DNA from: Patescibacteria group bacterium
Lineage (GTDB): Bacteria; Patescibacteriota; Patescibacteriia; Magasanikbacterales; GWA2-37-8
Length of the DNA: 64,000 nucleotides
Assembly (NCBI GenBank): GCA_041661385.1
Contig: JBAZUP010000001.1
Location: 354,560-418,559 of the forward strand
Direction: 5' to 3'
This document shows, piece after piece, positions 46,485 to 56,596 of the stretch. Each line of letters opens with the position of its first letter. The first letter of the stretch is position 1. Below the pieces are notes generated by a model. It made no database searches, was not told the DNA's origin, and saw nothing but the letters and a program-made list of their open reading frames with translations. Position numbers and translations under genes: made by a program.

Positions 46485-47864
46485 TTATACAAATTGTTTT
46501 TTAAGATACTCCGTTAACTCATCAAGCGCGATTCGTTCCTGCTTCATGGTGTCGCGTTCGCGAACTGTCACTTTCTTGTCGACCAGCGAATCAAAATCAT
46601 AGGTGACGCAAAATGGCGTGCCGATTTCATCTTGCCGACGATAACGTTTTCCAATACTTTGGGTTTCATCATAATCAACCGAGAAATCTTTTCGTAGTTT
46701 ATTGGCAAGTTCGGTTGCAACGGAGCTTAATTCTTCTTTTTTCGAAAGCGGCAATACCGCAACTTGCACTGGGGCAAGATGGCGCGGAAATTTCATGACC
46801 ACGCGGGTTTCAGTCTCCCCTTTTTCTGCGGTTGGAGCAGCTTCTTCGTGGTAAGCCTCGAGCAAGATTACAAGCAGCATGCGCTCGATACCAAAGGTCG
46901 GTTCAATAACGTGCGGTAAAAATTTAGCACCAGTTTCCGGATCGGTATATGTTAGGTCTTGTCCTGAAACTTCCTGATGGCGCTTCAAATCAAAATCCGT
47001 GCGGTAAGCAATGCCATGCAGCTCTTTTACCCCAAATGGATAACGATATTCAATATCAACAGTACGCTTACTATAATGAGCGCGTTCACCGTCGGGAATT
47101 TCGTGCCAAACCAAATTATCCATGTTCACCATCATTATATCTTTCCACCAGCGTTTAATTTCCGAAAGCCACATTTCAAAAGTTTTTTCCCAAGTGTCAG
47201 GGTGGATAAAATATTCAAACTCCCCGATTTCAAATTCGCGGGTGCGGAAAATAAAGTTGCCGGGAGTGATTTCGTTACGGAAATTTTTGCCGATTTGCGC
47301 GATGCCAAATGGCAGGCGGCGGCGAGTGGTCTGCTGAATATTTTTAAAGTTTACAAACATACCACCGGCAGTTTCCGGTCGCAAGTAGGCGGTGGTTGTA
47401 GAATCTTCGGTCGTGCCGATAAAGGTTTTGAACATCAGATTAAAACTTTTTGGTTCGGTAAAAGTACCGCCGCAATCCGGACAATTTATGTCGGCAATAG
47501 TTTTAATTTGTTCTTTGTCATACTGTGGTTCCGCGCTCACTGCTTCTAGCAAATGATCCGAACGAAAACGGTGGTGGCACTTTTTACATTCAACCAAAAG
47601 ATCGCTGAAATTTTGTAAGTGACCGGATGCCTCCCAAACTTTTGGATTCATGATAATTGCGGAATCGAGCGGTACCATGTCTGGCCTTTCCTGCACAAAA
47701 AATTTCCACCAAGCTTTTTTAATATTTTGTTTTAATAAATGGCCGAGCGGACCAAAATCCCAGCTATTGGCGAGACCGCCATAAATTTCACTGCCCGGAA
47801 ATACAAATCCGCGGCGTTTGGCGAGAGACAATACTTTGTCCATGAGTTCATTGTTGTTTGACAT
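46485..47864 (-). CDS. glyQS: Glycine--tRNA ligase, homodimeric type
   Basis: KRRGFVFPGSEIYGG, YLRPETA, GKNFRNEITP, PHVIEP, SIGKRYRRQDEIGTP. Confidence 0.96.
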   Translation of the reverse strand: MSNNNELMDKVLSLAKRRGFVFPGSEIYGGLANSWDFGPLGHLLKQNIKKAWWKFFVQERPDMVPLDSAIIMNPKVWEASGHLQNFSDLLVECKKCHHRFRSDHLLEAVSAEPQYDKEQIKTIADINCPDCGGTFTEPKSFNLMFKTFIGTTEDSTTTAYLRPETAGGMFVNFKNIQQTTRRRLPFGIAQIGKNFRNEITPGNFIFRTREFEIGEFEYFIHPDTWEKTFEMWLSEIKRWWKDIMMVNMDNLVWHEIPDGERAHYSKRTVDIEYRYPFGVKELHGIAYRTDFDLKRHQEVSGQDLTYTDPETGAKFLPHVIEPTFGIERMLLVILLEAYHEEAAPTAEKGETETRVVMKFPRHLAPVQVAVLPLSKKEELSSVATELANKLRKDFSVDYDETQSIGKRYRRQDEIGTPFCVTYDFDSLVDKKVTVRERDTMKQERIALDELTEYLKKQFV

Positions 47865-47869
47865 AGGAT

Positions 47870-48005
47870 AAAAAAAAGACCTAAATTAAAGGTCTTGGGT
47901 CCCGATTTTAACGGGAGGTTCCACCCAAGTTTCCTCCTGGTTGGAGGACGCTTTTTAAAATTTTCACCAGCTCCGAAGGAGCCAACCTTCATCCGCACTG
48001 GTAAA
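47870..48005 (-). promoter_or_regulatory. T-box riboswitch leader of glyQS
   Basis: Antiterminator TTGGG-[TGGAACC bulge]-TCCCG-loop-CGGGA-CCCAA, preceded by stem CCTCC/GGAGG and followed by terminator AAGACCT/AGGTCTT plus U-tract. Confidence 0.85.
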
Positions 48006-48009
48006 GACA

Positions 48010-48038
48010 ATCATACGCTTTGAAAGGTTTTCTGTCAA
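48010..48038 (-). promoter_or_regulatory. Sigma70 promoter of glyQS
   Basis: TTGACA-17 nt-TATGAT. Confidence 0.75.
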
Positions 48039-48062
48039 ACAAAAAATGCTCTAAAAAAGAAA

Positions 48063-48092
48063 GGCGCCTGGGGATGAATTCACCCAGGCGCC
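48063..48092 (-). terminator. Intrinsic terminator
   Basis: ggcgcctggg...cccaggcgcc followed by a U-rich tail on the minus strand. Confidence 0.7.
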
Positions 48093-48131
48093 GGTATAAC
48101 AAATGAACTACAATTTTTGAGGTTGCTAGCA

Positions 48132-48602
48132 CTACGCCGCGTAAGCGCTGCGCCTCGTCTGGAGCGGATTTTCGGGTTTGGGCACCGACTTTGGAACCGG
48201 CTTGTAAACTGGTTCCGTCTTCTTCGGTCCATGACCCCGTTCGACGCAGGTATCTACAGCCTCATCGAAGAAATCTCTCATGCTACTCATATCTGAATCC
48301 TGAAACTCCGAATAATCCTTGTACGGAATTTTGTCCATTATGAACAGGATCTGACAGACGCAAAATTCTTCCGTCTGATCTCTGTCATATCCGACTCTTT
48401 CGCCGGCATCCCTACAAGACAGAAGAAAACTTCTGACAGTAGCGATTGGATATTCATTCCGATACTTGGGTAGATCGGAAACCACTATGCCTCTCGCCAT
48501 TTCCTTCGAGCCTTGTTCCGGCTCACAGGAATTTTTGACAGAGTCATCTGCGAACACCAGTGTTGCAATGATTAAGAGCACCATTGCGACAAGAGTTTTC
48601 AT
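48132..48602 (-). CDS. Hypothetical secreted Cys-containing protein
   Basis: GGAG RBS; signal peptide; SC...FCVC...C pattern. Confidence 0.65.
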   Translation of the reverse strand: MKTLVAMVLLIIATLVFADDSVKNSCEPEQGSKEMARGIVVSDLPKYRNEYPIATVRSFLLSCRDAGERVGYDRDQTEEFCVCQILFIMDKIPYKDYSEFQDSDMSSMRDFFDEAVDTCVERGHGPKKTEPVYKPVPKSVPKPENPLQTRRSAYAA

Positions 48603-48634
48603 AACTCCTCCGGTAGAACGGGCAGTTGAACAGG

Positions 48635-49129
48635 CTACTTCTTGGTTTGTTCTCGAACCAGTTGGTTGTAAGAACGTTCGTAGCCCTGCAGGCTGTTTTC
48701 CGTTTCGTTCACCTCGCGCGGCGACATCTTACAGCTCGTGAGGTCCTCGCGCAGATAGCGAACGAAATATCCAACTTCCGCGTTGGTCTTCATCTCGCGC
48801 TTGATGCTCTTCCACTGCCCCTTCAAGAGGCCGCAGAATGAATCATTGCCCCGGAAGTGCCTTTCGTAGCTCTTCAGGCTCTTCTCCGTCTCGCCCACGG
48901 CGGCAGGCGACAATTCGCACCGCTCGAGATCGTTCCGGAGGAACAGAACGTAGAATCCGATCTTTTCCGGATCCTTGATGTTCTTGATGCTTCTCCACTG
49001 GGTGATGACCTCCTCGCACCTCGGTGCGTGAAGGTTCTGGTAGCTGGTCCGGGGGTCGATGACGACCTTGTTGCCGGCGACAGTCGGCGATGCAAGCAAG
49101 AGGGCCGCGATCACGAAAAGCATGTTCAT
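48635..49129 (-). CDS. Hypothetical secreted protein with two ~57-aa internal repeats
   Basis: AGGAG RBS; signal peptide; C...QW.SIK...G..V..LR.DL..C..SP..V.ETE.SL..YER occurs twice; elevated GC. Confidence 0.7.
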   Translation of the reverse strand: MNMLFVIAALLLASPTVAGNKVVIDPRTSYQNLHAPRCEEVITQWRSIKNIKDPEKIGFYVLFLRNDLERCELSPAAVGETEKSLKSYERHFRGNDSFCGLLKGQWKSIKREMKTNAEVGYFVRYLREDLTSCKMSPREVNETENSLQGYERSYNQLVREQTKK

Positions 49130-49172
49130 ATCGATTCTCCTGTACCGTTTTAACGGTACTGTGGGTCAAGCG

Positions 49173-49667
49173 TTAACCGCGATAGATGAGTCTTGCTGCG
49201 TGGCTCGGCCGGATTGCGAGAAAACACAGTTCGCCCGAATAGCCGAGTGGCCAAGAAGTGGCTCTCGCCAGATTTTCTTTCACCAGCAGTTCGTGTTCGT
49301 GCGCGCAATTGTAATCTACATTCAGAGGAATAATTCTTTCGTGTTTATTGATCAGGCAAAAGCTAAAACCATTGTTCGCCCGAACATAAACGCGATTTGC
49401 GAGAAACTCCCACGGATGCACCCTCTTAAAATACAAAAGCTCGGGTGACTTCGCGAGAACCAAACCTGCATCTCGAAGGCGTCCCATTACGGAATCGACT
49501 TGTGGCAGCGATGAATATTTCGGATCATATTCACCGTGTTTGTTAATTTCCTCGGAAAGAAATTGACGAACGGTAACGAGAACGAAACCGTCGTTAAATT
49601 CTCTGAAAATTCGGACCGGCCTCATTTTTTGTAGTCCTTTGTAAATGAACGGGTTAAAGACGAGCAC
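49173..49667 (-). CDS. Hypothetical protein
   Basis: 164-aa ORF co-oriented with neighbours; start uncertain; no recognised motif. Confidence 0.45.
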   Translation of the reverse strand: MLVFNPFIYKGLQKMRPVRIFREFNDGFVLVTVRQFLSEEINKHGEYDPKYSSLPQVDSVMGRLRDAGLVLAKSPELLYFKRVHPWEFLANRVYVRANNGFSFCLINKHERIIPLNVDYNCAHEHELLVKENLARATSWPLGYSGELCFLAIRPSHAARLIYRG

Positions 49668-49807
49668 GCTCGTCTGTAGTTGATACCGGCCTAAAAAGGC
49701 CGAATTTAAGCACTTTTTTTACTATGCGTAAATCCGGCTTCATTAGACACGATAACAGCCAATTATACACCTTTTTTCGGGTTTTGTCAACCCTACTCGC
49801 AAACAAT

Positions 49808-49831
49808 AAACCCGGCCTTTGGCCGGGTTTA
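49808..49831 (-). terminator. Intrinsic terminator
   Basis: taaacccggcc-tt-ggccgggttta-type inverted repeat downstream of the 1915-aa gene. Confidence 0.65.
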
Positions 49832-49839
49832 AAAATATT

Positions 49840-52800
49840 TTATGACGATTTTTTTCTTAAGCGTATCCGCTTCCTCAAAAAGAAATACAATTCATTACAT
49901 GCAAAAATAACCAATATCACGAGTGCAGAAATTAATTTCCAATCAAACAACCCTACCCACCAATGCGCGCTAACTAATTCAATATTTTTATGAATACTAT
50001 CTCCTTCGCTAACTTTAAATGGCGCACCGGTATATAATTTATAATTTTTTGTTTCAACTTTTACATAATATGTTCCTTCGGGCACCAAAAATGAATACCG
50101 GCCGGTTTTGTCAGTTACCTGCGGATTTTGTTGTTTAAACTGGTCCGCTGGCCAAACCTCATATTTACGGCTCGCCGGGTTCAAATAATACATTGTTATC
50201 TTTGCGTCCTTAACTCGAATTTCATCACCTTGATATCTTCGATAGATATACCCTTCTGGGTCAACTACAGTAACGAGACGCAATTCCTTTTCGCCATCCT
50301 TTTTATTTTTATATTGGATATTAGTAACGATTTCATATTCACCCTGAGTCGGCGGCATTAAGAACGAGGCGGTATAAATGCCGGTTTTATCGAGATCCAA
50401 AAATTCGAACTCACGCACCACATATTCAACCGTCTCCGCGGAAGCCGCGGAAAATGAAAATAATTTTTTGATAAATGATTCGCGGGTTGGTTTTAGATTC
50501 CGTAAAATCAATCGGCCGGTTATTTTAGAAACTTCTTTATCCGGCTTAATAACCAATTTTACATTTTGATTAACAACCGTATTTAAAGTTTGCGTAACTT
50601 TATTATTTTCCGTCGAAACAGAAAGATTAATATCTAAATCAATTTTATTATCACCCGATCGCGCAAAAATCACATCCGTTGGAATCACACTTTTTTCCGC
50701 CACGCTCAAATTTTCAATTGGTTTTGGCACGGCTGGAATGGCAACCGCTACTGCCGGAGCTTCAATATTTGGTTTTGGCGCTTCCGGAATGACAACTTCT
50801 GTTTTAGGTGTTTCAAGATTTGGTTTTGGAACTGCTGGAAGTGCTACTTCAGTTTTCGGTTTATCGAGATTTGATTTTGGTACGGTTGGAACTGCAACTT
50901 TAATTTTATCAACATTTTTATTTTGAATTGGGTAAACAGCAACCGGTGTTAAGATTTTATTTAAGCCCGGTAAAGTTATACTAATACCCTGCCACTTTTT
51001 AAGATCCGACCAGGTATTAATACTAAATTTATGGATACTCTGATAAAGAATCGGGAACTTGTGTAACAAGTTTACAACATCACCCGCAAAAGTAAGATCC
51101 AAAGATTCTTTGGGCGGCGTATCCGTAATCTTAATGAGCTCTAAATTTGTAAATATTTGTGATAATTTTATTTGATCGACTTTAACCGGCGGCATCGAGA
51201 TGTCCTTAAAGATTTTTTCAACAAGCGGAATATAAACCGCGGGACTGCTGGTAACCACCGGTTCAACCACCGGCTGAGATATCGGCAAAATCGGAGGGAT
51301 AATACTTATTATTTTATCAGTAATATTTTTTATTATTGAAATGTTACTTTCCGGCACAACAACAACTGGCTTAATTTTTTTATAAACTATTGAACTTGAT
51401 AATACCTCACTCGAAACACCATACTCGGTGTACATTCTTACATAAACTTTATGCTCACCTTCCAAACAATCTGTGAGGCCAAAACAAAGATTCCAATATT
51501 TACTCCCTGCAAATTGCTCCTGCCCAACTCCCGAAAAACTTGGCTCATTGGCGATTGCCATTTTTTTAGAATTTCCTCCGATTAAAGTCAGGTCAACATC
51601 TGGAACATTTGTTTCTTTAAGACCGCCATTAATTAACACGCTTAAAGGCATTATTTGCCCATCAACCCCAGCAACTGGAGCTGGCGGTGTATACACAGCT
51701 CCGGAAAAACCTCCGCCCGATGAAACCGGCGTAGCGGCAGGTGTCGCGGCTTCCGGAGTAGAAGTTGCAGCAGGTGTTAATGTAATCGTGGCAACAGAAA
51801 GCGAAGAATAGGAAGAATAAGTACCAGAAATATTTAGGTACTCAGCTCTAACCCTAAATTGATAAGAAGTTCCCTCGGTCAAACCATTTACATTAACCAG
51901 TGTAGCAGTCGTGGTTGCGGAAAGTCCCGATGAGTATAATAAATAATAAACAGTAGTCGCAGGGTTGTCGTTTGCCGCCCAAGATAAAGAAAGACTTGTT
52001 GATGTAACGGAAGAGACAACCGGCGTACCGGGAATAGCCGGCGCAGTATAATCACTGACATTCACAATATTATTCATTGATCCATCATTATTTACCGAAC
52101 GAACTCCAAAAGTATAATCGGTATTTGGAATCAAACCAGTCAATGTCGGTGTATTCGATGTAGTCGTTAGAGAACTAAAACTATTATTACCATCAATATA
52201 ATATACCGTTCCGGCCGGATTGCTGTTCGTGCTGAATGAAAGTGCGATTGAAGTGCTAGACGATGCGCTGGTGCTAAGCGCTACGATGTCGTTTGCTTTG
52301 GTGTAAACACTTTGCGAAGTGGTGACAAAAGATGAATCACCATAAACATTGATAGCGGCAACTCGGAACCAATAAGCGGTATTAGGAGTTAGGGATGAAG
52401 CAGTGACGGAAGAAACGCCAGCGGCTGTGGTTGAGACACTGGTAAATGAAGTGCCGTTGGTAGATTTTTCTACAACGAATCCGGTTTCATTATTTGAATT
52501 ATCACTCCAACCAACAACAACCGATGTTGCCGCAATGCTTGAGGTAGTTATATTCGTGGGAGCAATTGGCGAGCCAAGCGTGGTCGTGGCGGTTGAAGAA
52601 ACCGAATATGCTGAATATCTTCCGGCAATACCGGCATATTCTGCCCGGACTTGAAATCGATATGATGTATTACTTGCTAAACCGGTTATAATTTTGGTTG
52701 TATCCGCACTGACGGTTGTTGAACTGCCGTCCGAAATTAAAATATAATAAACAGTAGAAGCGGAATTTGAATTTGCATTCCAAACCAATTGTAAAGATGA

Positions 52801-55587
52801 AGTTGAAACCGACGAAACGACTAAGGTGTTTGGAACCGCGGGAACTGTATAATCGGAAACCGTGACTGCATTATTTTGTGAGCCATCGTTGTTAACCGAT
52901 TTAACTGTAAAAGTATATCCCGTGTTTGGAGTTAATCCTAACAGCGTCGGGTTAATAGTAGTAGTGGTGATTGGCGAAAAACCATTCGTGCCGGTTATGT
53001 AATATGATGTGCCGGCCGGATTGCTGTTCGCGCTGTATGACAAAGAAATTGAATTGGTCGTTGAAGCTGTGGTAATAAGATTTGTTGGATCAGCTGCTTT
53101 GGTGAAAGTGCTTTGTGAAGTTGTAACAAAGGATGAAACTCCGACTGTTCCGGTCGCCGCGACCCTAAACCAATAAGCAGTATTTGGAGTTAAGGATGAA
53201 GCAGTGACGGAAGTAACGCCGGCGGCTGTGGTTGAAACATTTGTAAACGATGTACCGTTGGTAGATTTATCAACAACGAAACCGATTTCATCATTCGAAT
53301 TATCGGTCCAATTTAAAGTCATGCTAGTATCAGAAATATTGGTAGTGGTTGGACTACTCGGAGCATTTGGAGAGCCAGCGCCAAAACCAAGTGTGACGTC
53401 GCTGAGAACCGGCGTTTCAGTGCCGTCACCTTCAAACCAGACTTTATATTGCGCCCACTGATCATTTATTCCATCGCCAATCGTGCTAGTGGTTGCGATA
53501 TTGCAAGTAACCAAACTTGATACTTTTGAACAGCCGGCCGCAGTATCATCAAAATAGGTTGTGGATACTCCCCCCGGACCGATCCAATCGGTATAAACTC
53601 CGGGACTGCCGGAAGAGCTCGGGGCAGTTCGAATTTGAAATTTCAAATTTGTGCCAGCAGGAACTGTTTCAGTCCAGAAAATACTCTCAACACTCGCAGA
53701 AACATTATTATTATCAAATGGTACCGAGGTGAGGGTCGCGGAAGTGTTGTATTTATAATATCCAAAAGTGACACTATTCAGCGAAGGGGTGACGGTATTA
53801 TTAGAAGTTGAAAGTGAAGCCTCAAATTGGACATAGCGATGATGAGGAGAAACACAACCGCCAGCGGTAATTGAACCGCCGTTCGCAATATTTGTACAAC
53901 TAGCAAAAGCCGTGGCGCCGGTCATGGCGGCATTGTCGGCCGAGCGAACCTTCATGGTGATTGTTTGCCCACCCGTTTCCGCCCAGGTTAAATTCTGCCA
54001 ATTATCTACGCCAGTGGTGAGGTCAATAGAGCCGGAAGTGTAAGTGCCAGATGCGTAATAAGTCGTTACTAAGGCTGCGGTAGTGGCTGCAGGTAGCGTG
54101 GTACCACTTATCGAGTTTGATTGTAAATAAATCCTACCGGCTCCACCAACACCTCCAGCATCCAAATAACAATCTGGGTCATCTAATATAGGATACCCTG
54201 TGCCACCAGAGGCAACCACCAAACTTGAACCAAGATTTAAATTATCTCCACCGATATATATTGAACCACCCGAACCAGCACCATTGTAATTAACAGTATT
54301 TTGACCTTTAGAAAAAATATTTCCACTTACATTAATTGTATTTACGGTTGTTATAAAGATTCCCGCGCCACTTGAATAACCAAAATTATTACCGCCGCCG
54401 GCGCTCCCTAAAAATATTTTTTGACTTAAATCACTCGTTCCATAAACTACACCACCAGGTGCCCGTACAATTCCGTTTGTATCTTGACCACCTGTTCCAT
54501 AACCACCGCCAGATGAAGACCGCCAGTTACATAAACCATCAAAGTAAGCTCCAGCACCACCGCCAAGGTTATTTTGAGCCGCATTTGCTGCACCTAAACC
54601 ATTATAGGATTCGCCTTGATAACCTCCCGCAGGAGCACGATAACCAAGATTCGATACATTTATCGAACCACCAGTATTAATTGTCACTGTGCCATTTGCA
54701 AAAAAAACAAGCACACCGCCCTTTGCTCCGTCCCAGGCACTCGCTGTTATAGATCCGCCACTATTAATTGTAACATTGGTATATTGCGGCACTCTTTGAA
54801 TAATGACTCGCTGATTGGTAGTCGCCGTGCCAATATTCAAATCGTTGGTGCTGGTTGCCGTGCCGTAGTATTTTGTTTTTCCAGGACTTGCAAGCGTGAC
54901 CGTAGTGGCATTATTGGCCGGAGTTGCGCCAATTGTTACAAATTCATAATTACCAACATTTCCTTTATTTCCTAATACACCCTGAAGATTAATAAGCAAT
55001 ATTTTATCTCCGACTGCCAAACAACCAGAAGGAACCCCTGCCGATAAATTAATCGTCGTAGCATCTGAAAAAGATGTAACATTATATGCAATGCCGTCCG
55101 CACAAGTACGACCGCCGTTACGATTAGTCTGAGTGTTAATATTAAAAGCCGTTGAAGTTGTTACTGCCCCGTCCGACCCATTACCACCAGATGCACCCGA
55201 TGACAAGGCTAATTGAATCGCGGCGCTGTCTCCAGAACCAGAAACATTGGTCTGCGAAAAACTGGCGGCTGGACCACCTGACGCAGTGCCGTTAAAATCT
55301 GTATCACTGGTTGAAGTTGTATAAAAAGTTGAAGTGGTAAGTTGTAAATCTAATCCGCTATTTACAACTTGTAAATTGGCATCTTTAGAATTATATATCG
55401 TGTAGCCACTATCGTTCGTCGGGTGTACCGCTGTCGCGGCAACATTTGCCCCGCCCGCCCAACTGGTTTGGAAAAAATTTACCAATGCGGCGGCTGAACT
55501 GGTTTGGAAAAATAAAAAAAACCCTACAAATAACTGTGTAATTATATAAAAGAAAATGCTCTTTTTCTGACCTGTTTTGTTGGGCAT
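49840..55587 (-). CDS. Large surface protein with Gly-rich region, six Fn3 domains, Pro-rich repeats, carboxypeptidase-regulatory-like domain and C-terminal TM anchor
   Basis: Signal peptide; WTDNSNDE/WSDNSNNE and LTPNTAYWFRVAA Fn3 motifs; QQNPQVTDKTGRYSFLVPEGTYY; TM plus basic tail. Confidence 0.85.
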   Translation of the reverse strand: MPNKTGQKKSIFFYIITQLFVGFFLFFQTSSAAALVNFFQTSWAGGANVAATAVHPTNDSGYTIYNSKDANLQVVNSGLDLQLTTSTFYTTSTSDTDFNGTASGGPAASFSQTNVSGSGDSAAIQLALSSGASGGNGSDGAVTTSTAFNINTQTNRNGGRTCADGIAYNVTSFSDATTINLSAGVPSGCLAVGDKILLINLQGVLGNKGNVGNYEFVTIGATPANNATTVTLASPGKTKYYGTATSTNDLNIGTATTNQRVIIQRVPQYTNVTINSGGSITASAWDGAKGGVLVFFANGTVTINTGGSINVSNLGYRAPAGGYQGESYNGLGAANAAQNNLGGGAGAYFDGLCNWRSSSGGGYGTGGQDTNGIVRAPGGVVYGTSDLSQKIFLGSAGGGNNFGYSSGAGIFITTVNTINVSGNIFSKGQNTVNYNGAGSGGSIYIGGDNLNLGSSLVVASGGTGYPILDDPDCYLDAGGVGGAGRIYLQSNSISGTTLPAATTAALVTTYYASGTYTSGSIDLTTGVDNWQNLTWAETGGQTITMKVRSADNAAMTGATAFASCTNIANGGSITAGGCVSPHHRYVQFEASLSTSNNTVTPSLNSVTFGYYKYNTSATLTSVPFDNNNVSASVESIFWTETVPAGTNLKFQIRTAPSSSGSPGVYTDWIGPGGVSTTYFDDTAAGCSKVSSLVTCNIATTSTIGDGINDQWAQYKVWFEGDGTETPVLSDVTLGFGAGSPNAPSSPTTTNISDTSMTLNWTDNSNDEIGFVVDKSTNGTSFTNVSTTAAGVTSVTASSLTPNTAYWFRVAATGTVGVSSFVTTSQSTFTKAADPTNLITTASTTNSISLSYSANSNPAGTSYYITGTNGFSPITTTTINPTLLGLTPNTGYTFTVKSVNNDGSQNNAVTVSDYTVPAVPNTLVVSSVSTSSLQLVWNANSNSASTVYYILISDGSSTTVSADTTKIITGLASNTSYRFQVRAEYAGIAGRYSAYSVSSTATTTLGSPIAPTNITTSSIAATSVVVGWSDNSNNETGFVVEKSTNGTSFTSVSTTAAGVSSVTASSLTPNTAYWFRVAAINVYGDSSFVTTSQSVYTKANDIVALSTSASSSTSIALSFSTNSNPAGTVYYIDGNNSFSSLTTTSNTPTLTGLIPNTDYTFGVRSVNNDGSMNNIVNVSDYTAPAIPGTPVVSSVTSTSLSLSWAANDNPATTVYYLLYSSGLSATTTATLVNVNGLTEGTSYQFRVRAEYLNISGTYSSYSSLSVATITLTPAATSTPEAATPAATPVSSGGGFSGAVYTPPAPVAGVDGQIMPLSVLINGGLKETNVPDVDLTLIGGNSKKMAIANEPSFSGVGQEQFAGSKYWNLCFGLTDCLEGEHKVYVRMYTEYGVSSEVLSSSIVYKKIKPVVVVPESNISIIKNITDKIISIIPPILPISQPVVEPVVTSSPAVYIPLVEKIFKDISMPPVKVDQIKLSQIFTNLELIKITDTPPKESLDLTFAGDVVNLLHKFPILYQSIHKFSINTWSDLKKWQGISITLPGLNKILTPVAVYPIQNKNVDKIKVAVPTVPKSNLDKPKTEVALPAVPKPNLETPKTEVVIPEAPKPNIEAPAVAVAIPAVPKPIENLSVAEKSVIPTDVIFARSGDNKIDLDINLSVSTENNKVTQTLNTVVNQNVKLVIKPDKEVSKITGRLILRNLKPTRESFIKKLFSFSAASAETVEYVVREFEFLDLDKTGIYTASFLMPPTQGEYEIVTNIQYKNKKDGEKELRLVTVVDPEGYIYRRYQGDEIRVKDAKITMYYLNPASRKYEVWPADQFKQQNPQVTDKTGRYSFLVPEGTYYVKVETKNYKLYTGAPFKVSEGDSIHKNIELVSAHWWVGLFDWKLISALVILVIFACNELYFFLRKRIRLRKKSS

Positions 55588-55651
55588 TTTTTTGATTAAT
55601 TTATTTTGTTATTATACCATTTTTACGCAATCTTGAGAAGCACAAAAACAA

Positions 55652-55679
55652 AATCCCGTCAGTATAAACCGACGGGATT
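55652..55679 (-). terminator. Intrinsic terminator
   Basis: aatcccgtc...gacgggatt inverted repeat. Confidence 0.6.
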
Positions 55680-55693
55680 AAAATTTGATTTTT

Positions 55694-56071
55694 TTAGATA
55701 TTTATCTTCTTGAAGTACTCCCCAATCACTGGTGTTGGCTCTTGTTTGCCGTTTAAGGCGCCAATCAGACTAATAACCCAGAGCACAAACACAGCAAGCT
55801 GCAAAATATTGCCGATAAACCAGACAAATGAAGCAACGACACCGGCCATAATCGCGACGATAAGCAAACCCAGGCTTTGTTTCATGTGAAAGTGAAAAAA
55901 TTCGTCTTTTTTGATTTTTTCTACAACCAATGGCAAAAAGAACAAAAAATATGTTCCTACCACCAAAAGCGAATCGGGCTTTTGAGCTCCAGTAACCGGT
56001 TGTGGCGCTGGGGCTGGGGTTTGAGCTGGCGTTTGGTTTTGATTCTCATTTTCCATACATAAATTATTCAT
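55694..56071 (-). CDS. DUF4870-like membrane protein
   Basis: FFHFHMKQSLGL...GALNGK..P.PVIG pattern. Confidence 0.75.
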   Translation of the reverse strand: MNNLCMENENQNQTPAQTPAPAPQPVTGAQKPDSLLVVGTYFLFFLPLVVEKIKKDEFFHFHMKQSLGLLIVAIMAGVVASFVWFIGNILQLAVFVLWVISLIGALNGKQEPTPVIGEYFKKINI

Positions 56072-56108
56072 GAATAAAGTATGATTATTCTAGCACAAAA
56101 GGCAAAAT

Positions 56109-56594
56109 TTATCCAGTAAAATCGTTAACAAAATCAATTTTTTTATCTAAAATAACATCTTTTTCTCCAAAGGTAAAACTAGCCTTTATGAGACTTCCAG
56201 ACAGCGCACTAGGAAGCCAAAATGGATCATCTGGCCACATTTCCCCAAAAGGCAAACTATCGACCCCGTACCACTTTGGCGCCATTTCTTCACTCTCAAT
56301 CGGTTCACCTTCCCAGCTTTCCACAAAATACGTATGAACAAGCTGATTCCATTCCGGCTTATTTGCAAAAATAAAAGTTAATTCCGCAATTTTATTAATT
56401 TTTTCTACTCGCACCCCGATTTCCTCAAAAGTCTCACGCCTTGCCGCTTCTTCAATTGATTCGCCCGGTTCTAGTTTTCCACCGACTCCATTCCATTTAC
56501 CCACTCCAAATCCCCGCTTTTTCATGGCGAGGCACACTTCAGAAATTTTTCCTCCGCCTTTTTTTACCAAAAATAATAAAGTTACGTCACGCAT
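56109..56594 (-). CDS. NUDIX hydrolase, MTH1-like 8-oxo-dGTP diphosphatase
   Basis: KKRGFG.GKWNGVGGKLEPGESIEEAARRETFEEIG Nudix box; ESEEMAPKW, MWPDD. Confidence 0.92.
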   Translation of the reverse strand: MRDVTLLFLVKKGGGKISEVCLAMKKRGFGVGKWNGVGGKLEPGESIEEAARRETFEEIGVRVEKINKIAELTFIFANKPEWNQLVHTYFVESWEGEPIESEEMAPKWYGVDSLPFGEMWPDDPFWLPSALSGSLIKASFTFGEKDVILDKKIDFVNDFTG

Positions 56595-56596
56595 AA

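Noticed and set aside
47732-48010. 92-aa minus-strand ORF upstream of glyQS
   Set aside because: It overlaps glyQS out of frame and coincides with the T-box leader.
48843-49169. Several overlapping ORFs in alternative frames
   Set aside because: Expected from the locally high GC; only the 164-aa frame has an RBS, a signal peptide and an internal repeat.
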